DNA of 63,034 nucleotides, counting the filler, from Sphacelaria rigidula (taxonomy: Eukaryota): the NCBI GenBank assembly GCA_964200075.2. It is 4 parts of 4 records of this genome, joined end to end, with 100 filler letters (N's around TTAATTAATTAA, not from the genome) between each part and the next. Parts side by side here need not be neighbours in the genome. Positions count along the whole stretch, not along the records: positions 15,788 to 31,474 come from CAXNAA020001646.1; positions 31,575 to 47,258 come from CAXNAA020001647.1; 2 more parts are not named here. The stretch is one strand, 5' to 3'. The stretch's first letter is position 1; each line of letters starts with the position of its first letter. Of the stretch, positions 25,682-36,910 are shown one piece after another. The translations under genes were made by a program, and so were the position numbers. The notes beneath the pieces are model-generated. The model worked only from the letters and a program-made list of their open reading frames with translations, was not told where the DNA came from and did not search any database.

Positions 25682-26883
25682 CGAGCTGGGCCAGCCTAGA
25701 CACGGATTTAAGCCCTCCAAGCAACATCTCATCGACACGGACGAGTTGGGTCATGATCCGAATATTGTACGAATCGCCGAACCAAGAGGAAGGTGCCCAT
25801 CTACTCAAACGTTTGGGCCCATATTTTCTCGTCGATTAGACCTCATGTCTAGTGATTCCTTCACCCAACGGAGATAGCGTCCATACTGAAATTTCTATGA
25901 AAGTCCCGATCGATGCATTCAGCGGATGACGACGAACTTTGATGTGGGCATCCCCTGGAGCACGAGAAGACGGCAGATACCCTCACCTTCACCTAAATCG
26001 TAATCTACCTCGAGATATTGCGCACATATATTTCTACACTAAAATCAAAATATTACGAGCAGATGCAGTAGATGATCTGAACCTGGATATTGCGTTTCAG
26101 TTTTTGAGAGTTATGCCATGAAATTTCGGATGGAGAACCGCTCGTGCATAATAGAGCTTCAAAACACAGGTTTTTCAATTTCTTGTTTTCTCCATTCTAT
26201 GGGGGTTTTGGGGGCAGTTTTGAGGAGAAATGAACACTGCTTTTAGACCCTGTCTCAATTTTTTAGCTCAATTTGTAGAATTCTGTACCGAAACCCAGCA
26301 TGGAGAACCACAAAGGTATGCTGAAAAAAATAAAATGGGCCCTCAGTTTGTTTTCGGGAGAGGTTCGGGCTTTATCGCAAAAAAGTGGCGGTTTCCATAC
26401 TAAAACGCCCTAGACCAGTGAAAAAAAAATGCAAACTGGCTCACTTTGTTTCGTCAACTATGCCCTAGCCACGGCCCACACAAAGTTTCAGCACACAAAC
26501 ACCAAACGTGGGTCGGTAAGTGGCCAGCAAAATACTGTTCCGATTTTCTTCTGAGCCCATCACTGAACGGCCCATCGTACGGCCAACATTAGAGGTGGAC
26601 CATGAAAATTGGCGTGGACAATGGATAGGGCATAGTAAAAGCAATTTCCAATGCACACAAGGTTTGTTTCTCTTCTTCGTGAGTTACGGACAATAATCAC
26701 TTTTCAGGTATCAGTATATTGCCCCTGACTCATGAAAAAAATGAAGAAAACCTTGTGTGCACTGGTAATTGTTTTTACTATGCCCTGTTTTTTGCCCATA
26801 CCAATTTTCAGGGTACAGCTCCGAATATCGGCCGTATGATGGGCCTGCACACTACAAACTTGCTTCTCGGCTGGCCCAGCTCG
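25682..26883. mobile_element. Non-autonomous Tc1/mariner-type element with nested repeats
   Basis: Perfect 15-bp TIR CGAGCTGGGCCAGCC with TA on both sides. A related terminus TACGAGCTGGGCCA occurs at ~33104. Confidence 0.7.
26568..26847. repeat. ~280-bp palindrome nested in the mariner-like element
   Basis: ggcccatcgtacggcc..gaaaattgg..agggcatagtaaaa..tgcacacaaggttt is mirrored by aaaccttgtgtgca..tttactatgccct..ccaattttca..ggccgtatgatgggcc. Confidence 0.85.
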
Positions 26884-27574
26884 TATTCGGAAGCATTCAG
26901 AAATGAATCTGCACCTGTGTCGACTGGTGTGCACGGACTTCTGTGGTGCAGTGATCCACCTGTATTATCCGTACGGGAGGCCTCCTGCAAACATACGGCC
27001 ACGAAGTAGGTACGGGAAAATTTGGTCAATATTTATCCTGCCGGAAGCTTATAAACAAATGTTTGTGGCTCTCGTAACTTGCCGACAGGCTGATTCGGAA
27101 ACCATTCTAGTATTTTCATGAACCTCAACAGTTCGCCAACGCCTACCAAGGAAACAGTGCACGTGGAACATTTCTAGGCCCGACACAAACTGTTCGCAGT
27201 TTCAAAATTTCATGACCAGCATATTTTGACGTTTCAACTTTTGGGACCAGATGCGAAAAGAACCTCAGGCCTGAATATGAAGCGCGTGAGTCAGGGGACA
27301 AACGACCCGCCTTTCCATTTCAAAATGGTATCACAACCTTTCGGCTCGATTCCGAGCACAAATGTTTTTTGCTCACAAACAGTACCCGTTCCCAGTTCCA
27401 AAATCCAAAATCCCCTGTGTTTGTACTGGACCGCGGCATGTGGGAACTGCACAAGAGTCGGACAAATCATCGCTAGATTGATTGAATGGTTGTGGCAATC
27501 GAACTGACCCCCCAGGGATCCAGCCGTGGTTACATGATGGAGGTACCCGATATGGATTGAATCACGAAAATTAC

Positions 27575-27790
27575 GACTTGTGAGGCCTGATCGTTCGACA
27601 GAGGAAGAAAAGTCGACCGCCGTTCTAGGAAGCTACTGAACGAATTTTGCGTTATTCCACGTGCCTGGGGTGCGCGTACCTGGGGTGAAACGCTGCAAAC
27701 AAAACCCGAGGATAAAACCGTACGATATGAATCACTTACACTGAAAGAGAGTAATTTTCAGGTACACCATTGTTCGTCCGACCCTTGAGT
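27575..27790 (-). repeat. Dispersed repeat family C
   Basis: Reverse complement of ~10300-10460 and ~4050-4170. Confidence 0.7.
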
Positions 27791-30700
27791 CTCAAGATTT
27801 ACCGGTCCACACAATGAGTTCAGCCACACATCATGTTTGCGTTAACACCATATCCCCCCACCAACTTTTGATGCTTCCACCCTCGCTCGATTTTCCGGGT
27901 CGCGCCAACCCCAGCTCTTGACGTCAACTCCTGAACCCAGGTTCGATTTTTCCTCCGCAACACCCACGTCAAGGCATGTCAATGAGACAAGTTTCGTCGG
28001 CGTTGCTGATTTTCGAGCTACAACGTTTTGCTGTTGGTGGGCTGAGATCGGTATATCAATGAGCGTGCCACGATTGTGTTTCAATTCAGGATCTGTGGCA
28101 GCTTCGCCTTTTGACCTTTCGTCTAATGACGCAACATCGATTGATTGGCGCACGCCGCAAAAAATGACAGCTGCTCGGAATACATGAGCTCGCGAAGCCA
28201 TCTCACGTGCACAGAGATGCCTCGAGTGGCACGCATTTTTCACTGTGAGCTGAGATCAGCTTTTGGGAGTCAATATATCAAGGGGTGACTCTTGTCAATA
28301 AAACAACACATCTTTTCCGTCTTCGCTGAAAGATTCCGTCTCCTGTCGGAGCTTGGGAATAGTCTGAGAGCCTGAACGAACGGCGAAACAGAGCTGATTC
28401 CTTGAAACAACTATTGGCAACCTCGGACTTTATGCAGCAACATCTGTGTAAGATCGTGGTTGCTGGCTCACCCAAGCAGCCTTGGAATGTAGCGAACGGG
28501 AGATGTTCCGAAATTGTAGGGGAAAGGATGGGTGTGCGATGAAGGAATCGCTTGTCTCCGGCTAATGTTAGCAACAGTGTATGCAACTCAAGCCCTTTCA
28601 CGCGTCTCAGGATGTTTGCCGAACGCGTGTGTGTTACGAACCGCGCTCCGCGTCCACCGCGGCTTTGCGCTGAATCCGCCCGACAGTTGGGAGTGCACCA
28701 CACATGTCAAAACATGCGGCGCATTTGAGAAAAGACACGTAAAACACAGTATGAAATCGCTTCGACAGGGATTCTATCCATTTGTCCAATGCACTTTGAA
28801 ACCCTCTGCTTCGCACGCACCCCGGTGCACAATCGCGGCCTGGCGATGAGGCAGAAGCCGAGTCACTTTCTTCCCTACATACTGAGAACCATTCGCTTTG
28901 TGTGGATCTGTTTCTTGTGCATGGATAGAACGTTGGCCTAATGTTTTTCTGTCGTCCTTCTGAGACTACAATAGCCCATAACAATCCAGTGGTGGCGACT
29001 AAGCAGCGTGGGTGAGGACCTCCTATGATATCGCGAAAACACACACACACACACACACACAGAAAAACAAGGTCATGGCAGCAGTTTGCGAGTCAAGCTG
29101 TGTGGTGCAAGCGCATGACACCCAGCACCAAACGAGACCGTGGAAACAGGTCCCAACTCAGCAAGCTCAGAGTCACACTTTGTGAGGGAGGAGCCTCATC
29201 CACAAGCTCTGCAGATGCGAGACAACAACAAAACGAAAGAAAAAAACATCGGGGGAAGACGCAAAAAGGGGAGAAGAACAGGAAGCAAGGAAGCAGCTAC
29301 GGCCGCGATGTAAGCAAGCAACGCACTTGCTTGCGCGCTTGCAATTCTCATACATATCATGTTTGTCCAACTGCATGGGTCTTTTGGTTGCACACAGGAG
29401 GCTTGACCCTTCGGCCGAACCTCCGAACGCAAGAGACGAATTTTGTTCAGAGAACGACAGGCAAGCCGTATTTTGGAGCGGGTGCACCTTGCGAGGCCGT
29501 CTCCGATCAATTTATTCTCGACTCGAGCGAGTTCGTGTGTGGTGGAATTGGTTTAGTTCGTTTTGCTGTGTTTGGGTCCGAGCGACTTTGTACGCTTTGG
29601 ACCGAAAGAGCTGAGCACAATTCGTGAAGCGGTACTTGCTCATTTGTGTTCAATACAGACAACAGGTCAGACAGTACTGCCTGTACTGTCTGCACTGCCT
29701 GCATAGTGTGTGTGTTGCATACAGCATGCAGGCGCAATGTGAATAAAAAGCGGGCAACGTGACATACTGTCAGATATGTGAGTGATGCTGCGGTAGGGGT
29801 GCACAAATACTTTCTGAGGTTAGAAGTTTTAGGAGCCCTTCATCTCATCTAAAACATGACTCATGCAATACTCAGTATGTGATAGTACGCCAGGATTACT
29901 ACTCCAATGTACTAGGGGTATCCCAAATGAATTTGAAAACGGAGGCGTCCTGGCCCATATTATTGTGCATCTAAAATCGTTAGGAGCCCCTGAACCAGAC
30001 AAGAATTTGCACACAAAGTGCAACCCTACCGTAGCTTTGCTCCTTTCTGGACCCTCTGCATACAGGAGGATTGTGAAGACGATTCGAACCGCGTCCAGTT
30101 TTGCTCTGTCTCTGTTGTCCACGAGCGTGTTCGTAATTCGGTCGCCCATCTCAACGCGCAACTCCGTCGGTGGATCCCACCCCAAAAATAAATGCCCGGT
30201 TTATGCCAACAAAGAAGAAACACATCATGCCACGAGGGTAGGGGTGTCTGCTCTCCATCACTTGAGTTAATGTATCCCCATGCTTAGTTCGTGACCTACG
30301 CTGCAAGGTTGAGTTGTTAGCTGCGAACGAACCATCTGGATTTTGCATAGTTCTACGAAAGGGCGGGATCTGGCATGGTTACCCGCCACATAGCAGTCAT
30401 GTGCCCCTTCGTTCATTTCCGCCCCTCGTTTCGCTCGAAGAAGCCAAGCTTTTCTGTTTTCGATCCTGCCCGTCGCGCGCAAATATTTATAAAATCGACT
30501 CGAAGCAATGTGAGAATATAAATGCGGTGGGCGTATTAGATACGAGCTGATTACGACCAATTCGATTCGACCGCATGTTTTCGAGACGAAAAAAATGTGA
30601 TGGGACACGGCCTGGCAGGAGGTCGTCAGTGCACGCCCATCGTTGTTTTGCCGCTGTTGGAAAGGCTAGGACATGACTATTCAGCTCCTCCATGTCCGCG

Positions 30701-31474
30701 ACTCCTCTAGGCACGAATTGTGCCACATACAGATATACCTGGATCTGTCGTTTGGCCTTTCGGAGGAAGGATCTGACGGTAAGGTATACCTGATGCATGT
30801 TCCGCCACACTGGAGTATACGACGGTTTCGAAAAATATGGCGAGATATTTGGCCAGAAAGCGCTACCCGTACATCATTGACGTGACGCCGCAAATACACT
30901 TAGGTATACCTGGATCTAGCGGTTGCCCCCAAGAAGTCCATCAGGGAACCTCCAGATAGTAAGAGTGGAGTTTGCTAGCTTTTCCGATTAATCTGCGACC
31001 ACGCACTCCCCCCCCCTCCGGACCCACCCTCTCCACCCCCTGAAAGGCTCGGAATATACTTGGCCTGTTCGCCGCGAAATGGTTCCGGAAAGAGGCTCGC
31101 AGTCCGAGGATTCCGCAAAACAAACAGTAATGCGTTTGTGGAACATGGCGATGGTGGCGCAACTGCAACCTTATGGATACAACTTCCATGAGTCGAACCG
31201 ACGCTCAAGTCGTGCTTCACGACTCTTATGACCAAAAATAGAAAAAGAAAAAAAGGAATGACTCAGAGTCGACTTTCACGACTAAATGCTGAAAAATGAC
31301 AGCTTAGAGGCGACTACTTCATTCGGGAAATATGATAAACTCAGAGTCGACTCGTACTATGGGAGATATCTCTTTGCAGTGACATATCAGAGATTGATGT
31401 CACACATGTATACAGAACCAGTGCAAGCAGGGACAAGGTAGGAATGTTCCGGAAGGACCAGATCACCGAGGACC

Positions 31475-31574
31475 NNNNNNNNNNNNNNNNNNNNNNNNNN
31501 NNNNNNNNNNNNNNNNNNTTAATTAATTAANNNNNNNNNNNNNNNNNNNNNNNNNNNNNNNNNNNNNNNNNNNN
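31475..31574. other. Artificial contig linker (N44-TTAATTAATTAA-N44)
   Basis: Same 100-bp spacer. Confidence 0.98.
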
Positions 31575-31611
31575 ACAAAAATTATTTTTTACAAACACCG
31601 AGCGGGGTGGG

Positions 31612-31643
<32 letters not shown>

Positions 31644-32819
31644 GAAAAGTGCCAAAAAATCACTCTTGCAAAAGTGATTTTGTGACACCTCGAACGGGAT
31701 CATAAAATATCCCGTTGACAGTGGCATAACCGAAGTCTTGACAGACAAGTCAACACATCGCATTGCCCTCCCAAACCAAAACACACCGCTCCATTCATTG
31801 CTGCTCATTCGCTGAGCATGCTGTGCATGACCTTGCTCAAATCGGTTCAGAATTCAGTGGGAAATGATGATTTGCGTGAGACGCGCGCATAGCACACCCT
31901 CGAAAACAGTCAGCAAATGCACGTTTTCGGTTGCTATTTGACACGCACGCAGCCGCCCTTCATCCAATGCTGGACGGATTTCCGTCAAACATAGGCTGTC
32001 GTGTGTAGATGATGAAAAGCTAGCGCTTGATCTTATGCGCGTGAGTGGTGGGTGTCTATGCGTCGGTTTTCGTGGCTCAGTGTGTCGGTGCTGTGCTACC
32101 TCCTTGCGTCTTGTCCGCAGCAGTTCAGAGATATTGGACTAACGGCCACTTCCAGAACCGCCGCATTTTTTACCTTCGTGCAGATCTGGGCTTCGATCTT
32201 GGACAAAACTGCTTGTCGATAAGACTCGGCACTGGTCGTTGTCGAGGCAGTCACTTCTCCATAAGTGATTTTTTTCAAAGTGATCATCACTTCTGATGAG
32301 ACCCCGCCTAGTAGTCTTGTGTGTACTGTCAGTCCGGTCCTGTCTCTACAAGGCTGGGGAGCGTGGGCAGTTTGTACTGCATTGCTCCAGCTGTTTGCAA
32401 CACGCTGCCTGCACAGACCTGAACTGAGCTGAAATAATGTGCAGACTGCACACAGACTGTTCCGTCTGTATAGCGCTTGTCATCGCCCCTGACCACCACG
32501 CTGGAGGACCGTGATGCAACACGCTGAGTGCCCGCAAGCACCAGCGACAACAGTAGTGATGACAGCAAAGCCATCACAGGTGCTATCATGGGCTGTAGGG
32601 TGTGTTGGCGGGCGGTGGGATTTCACACGCTTTTTTTATAACATTTTTCGATAGCCCAAGGTTGTCAGAGAATCGTGATTTTCTGATCACTTTGGGGCTT
32701 CCAGAAAATGTTATCAGAAAATTTCTCATGACAAAACGGATTTCTGATCACATACAAGGTGGGTTTTCGGCCTGTTACAGGAAAACGCGTTTTTTACACT
32801 GTTTTTTGTATACCTGAGA

Positions 32820-33090
32820 AGTAGCGTAATAGCGATTCTCCATACGAGATTCCAAAGAACAACCCTCAAAAACTGAGACGGGATAGCCAGATTTAGTGCA
32901 TTTAGTGTCTCTGCTCGTAATATATTGGTTTTATACCTTATGTGCGCGATATCTCGAGATATATAACGAATTACGTGAAGGTGAGGACATCTATCGTTTT
33001 CCCGTGCTCCAGGGAATGTGCACACAAGAAATCGTCATCATCAGTGTATATATCGTTCGGGGTTTCATAAAGACTTTAGGATGGACGTCA
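32820..33090 (-). repeat. Dispersed repeat shared with 25880-26150
   Basis: ccctggagcacg.gaa.acg..aga..cctcaccttcac.taa.tcgt..tctcgagatat.gcgcacata occurs in both. Confidence 0.8.
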
Positions 33091-34949
33091 TGCTCGCACG
33101 GTATACGAGCTGGGCCAACTGACAATGATTTTTTAATGAAGGGTGGCAATGCGATTGGTAATTCGAAGAGTTAGGCGCTGAAATTATGACAAGACATTGC
33201 CACCATCAACTGGCGCAACCCTATTGGGGGTGCAGAGGAAAAAAAAAAAAAGGAGCGAGTTGAAGTTTTAGCAAAAACAGGAAAATGCTTTAACTCAATG
33301 ATAAAAACGGCTTCACCTCGAACAACGCTGTGCGCACTCGCGTCCAGGACAGCCTGGTAACGTTTCGGCCAACAATACCTGAAAATTGGGCGCCGCATCG
33401 CATTTTGCTTTGACACGGCCGCGCTCCCTTCAACCCAAGTGATACGGGAAACTCCAGTTATGGAGGTCATGAGTTCGAATCCCGATAGATTCTCTTTTTT
33501 TTCGTCCGTCGTCAAGGTCGTCTATCATGCAGTACATTTTTTTTTTCATTTTTCAATTCAGCGGGGGTGCCGTGTTTTACCAGGTTGGTCTGCAGTTCAT
33601 AGCGATAGGCTCCAGTCGCGCTGGTTGGGGAAACTTGAGAAGTTGTGGTGTGGAAGGCGAATGCGGGATTCACTGCTGGTGCAGCTCGTAGGAATTGCTA
33701 GACATGGGGTTTCATCAATGAGAAAGGAATGGCCAAGGCTTTTGAGGAGATACCTTCCCCTTGATTGGACGATTAATACAAAATGCGAATCGCGGCCCAA
33801 CTCGTCTCTAGGCTGGAATGGTTAGGGTTAGGGTTAGTTTGATCTTGATGTTGGAAACTGTACCTGTTCGTGGCGGATTTCGAGGAGCTCCAAGTTCGCA
33901 GCAGTGTGCAAACAGATTTGTGCCCACAAGGACCACATTCAATATATCGAGACACAATGTGTCCGCTCAGATGCAAGCCAGGTCTGCGCACAGGTTTGAA
34001 CATGTGGTGGTTCTACCAGTGGTTCTTGGTCCACCATCTCGCTGCTGATAATAGCTGGGTCAGCCGAGAATTCCTATTGGCGGTTGAACAGTTTTGACGT
34101 GCTTAATTTCGGAATTCCAGGGCATTTTTCATGCGTGGGAAAAACATCTCGTTGAAAAGTGCCTGTTTGACCTTTCTCCGTCGTTTTTCGCCCCAGAAGA
34201 GGGTTCGGAGGATGTACGCAAAGGTGCTCTGGAACGGTCTTGACGAGTAGAACACGTCATTCCCAGGTGTCAACATCCGCGTAACCGTCTTTTCGGGGGA
34301 AAAGCGACGGAGAAGGGCCGTAAAGGCACTTTTCAACATTTTGGTTTTACACATGAGCAACGGCTTTAAACCATTTAGTATGGCAGTCAACGATATCGAT
34401 CTGTACGCACATCGGGGAAGTTCAAGTCGGGAAACGTCGATTATAGCCCCAGGCCTAGATCGGGGAAGTTCAAATCAGGATCCGACGATTTAAGAACGAT
34501 TTCCCCCGATTTGGGCTCCAAATCGGGCCCAAATCGGGGGGAATCGAGGTCCCCCCAATCTGTGGAAAGGTGACTTACGTACAGTGACGTACGGTGATGA
34601 GGCAAAAGGCATTTGATCTTTCGAAACCGCAGCAGCAGACAACCTCGTGTCAGCACAGACCGTACCCACCCGCACCAGCTACTGGAGAAGCTTCGTAGCG
34701 CACGTAGCGCGCATGAGATTGACGAGCGGACAAGAATTGTTGACGCCGCACGCGAAGCTATGGAAAAATGCTGCACTGCCGTATGCATCGCCGCAACGAA
34801 CGGTGCTGTACTATCCCACTAACTACTGTCGTTGTACTTCTAGGGTGATGTACGGCACCGCACTCGTACCGCATTGATCTCACACACTTTTCTCGCAATA
34901 CTGACTGTACCATCATGTATTACCGCACACTGGGAGAGTGGAGTGTATT

Positions 34950-35630
34950 GCACGGTTATGGGTGGGAATGGGGGCCGATTCGGGGTACTATTTTCGGCAA
35001 AAATGATCGCAACCGCTATATACGTTGGAACTGGACCGTAGTCGGGCGAATCATATCGATAAAAAATACACGCATCACCTGGAAGCAACGATCTGGCTCT
35101 TATGATTTGTACTATATTTATAGTACATGCATTCAAGCCTGTGATTGGGCGGTGTTGACGTGATACTTTTCCTCCGGGAAAGTCGATTCACATCACTGGG
35201 TGGAATTCTGTTGGTGCACCAGTGTCCAGCTGCTGTACTGTACTCGGGAAGCACACGCCCCCGAGCTGCCACCTCCCGTTTACCGCTATTGCGAAGATAT
35301 CAAGACAAGAAAACGAACAGCGGCAGTTGTGGCCGCCACGCACCAACGCAACTGCAGTGAAAGACGTGCCTGTCATAGTGCTAGAACGAGAAAGTACGGA
35401 AATTTGGACACCACGAGCAGCAGTGTCGCGCATGTGAAAACTACTGAGAATGATGTTGATGACGTTGACGATCAAGAGGTTCACGCTGTGCGGATTGGCT
35501 GTGCGCTGCATGTCCTACACATGTCTGTGACTGCGGGATTGGAAAGTGAGTTTTTCATGAGCCCCTTGGGATCAGGGTCATCGCATGAGTGGGGGAAATC
35601 CCATCTTTTCAGTCGCTTGGGCACGGTCTG
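34950..35630 (+). pseudogene. Decayed DDE transposase relic (hAT-like CxxH region)
   Basis: ENDVDDVDDQEVHAVRIGCALHVLHMSVTAGLESEFFMSPLGSG resembles the hAT C.xH.L.L motif. Frameshifted. Homologous to 19690-20340. Confidence 0.5.
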
Positions 35631-35849
35631 GCTCTCTCTGTCCAAATCAACATCTTCAACGTCTCTTTTCCCCCGATTTCAAAATCTCGTAAGGGACGAA
35701 GTTGGACAAACGTGACGAAAAACAATTGTGAGACCGGCAGAGACGAGATTAATGGTGATATGAGAGAGGGCGAGGTGAATTGGTTAGTCAGTGAATTGGT
35801 TAGTAACCGGCTGCGCTCGTTCCCGCCTGTATAGTGTCCCGTTTAAACA

Positions 35850-36910
35850 GCAAGTTGGCTAAGGTCGCATAGGTAACATGTTCTTTGCAGTGTGTACAGG
35901 CAGTCACGTGAAACATCGTTGCTCTGCCGATCCGGTCATACATGGCCAATGCGTCACCCAAATCGAAAATCGCTCCAGACGCCTCGGGTTCTGTCTCGAA
36001 GACGTCTGCCATGAGACAGCCGTATTTCATCTGTGAACTCGTCCTCGACAAGTCAAGGGATAAAAGGGGATTTGCTCGTGATACGTGAGGTTGTCCTCTG
36101 TGCACATCCCCACATAACATAGCAGCAGATGGTGGGCCGCCACTAGAGCAAATTTTATGATATTGATTGCTGCCGAAAAATAACATTTGGTAGAAGATGC
36201 AAGTTGGCGCAAATCGCACGGTTTACATATTCTTTGCAGTATGTACAGGCAGTAACTTGAAGCATCGGGGCTCTGCCGACCTGGTCATACATGATCAGTG
36301 CGTAATCTAAAGTTTAAATCGCTCTTCGCGCCTTGGTTTCTCCGCTGGAACCCTCAGATACAACAGCCGAAGGTCATGTGTAATCTCGCCCCCTGCAACT
36401 CAATACATGAAGGGTACTCGCTGTTGAAAGGCGAATTTGCCCTTTGTGCACAGCCATACCAGCCGTACGAACGGAGCAGCACCTGGTGCACGCCACAAAG
36501 TGAAACACCGTCACACACTGCTCGCTGCAAGAAAAAAATATGCAGCCCAAAACGAAGCTTGTCGAACGTCGCGTAGTTTGCATCTCATTTTCATATTTGT
36601 ATTTACAGACTGTTACGACATACATGATCACACTCGCCAGCATATGTAAGGCAGTACACTTACTAAAATCTCCCTAGACACCGCGGCTTCTGCACTGGAG
36701 CCCTGGCACGAAGCGGCCGCCAGCTTTGTCTTTCTTTGAACTCTCCCTCTGTAATCCGACACCTGGAAGGATACTCACGGTTGAAAATGAAGGCGAAATT
36801 GCTTTTCGTGCACAGCCGCACAAAACAAAGCAGCAGCGCCTGGCGGCACGCAACCAAACTGCATGTCGTCACAACTTGCTTGCAGCAAAAAAAACCCCAA
36901 GTGCAACGAT
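35850..36910 (-). pseudogene. Three degenerate ~350-bp tandem units with Cys-containing coding potential
   Basis: Anchors tctttgcagt at 35882 and 36231, and gtgcaca.cc at ~36100, 36446 and 36808. Translations ALAMYDRIGRATMFHVTACTHCKEHV and ALIMYDQVGRAPMLQVTACTYCKEYV. Confidence 0.6.

Noticed and set aside
31527..31808. ORFs ending in X runs (also 47311-47922)
   Set aside because: Artefacts terminated by the artificial linker.
32174..32589. Signal-peptide-like ORF (32329-32589) plus possible exon 32174-32292 on the minus strand
   Set aside because: No convincing phase-compatible donor links them, and I recognise no homology.
33430..33495. tRNA-like B-box (GAGTTCGAATCCC); a similar one at ~41758
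   Set aside because: No cloverleaf or acceptor stem; at most decayed SINE heads.
35850..36910. EsV-1-7 cysteine-rich repeat
   Set aside because: Unit length (~117 aa) and Cys/His spacing do not fit that short repeat.
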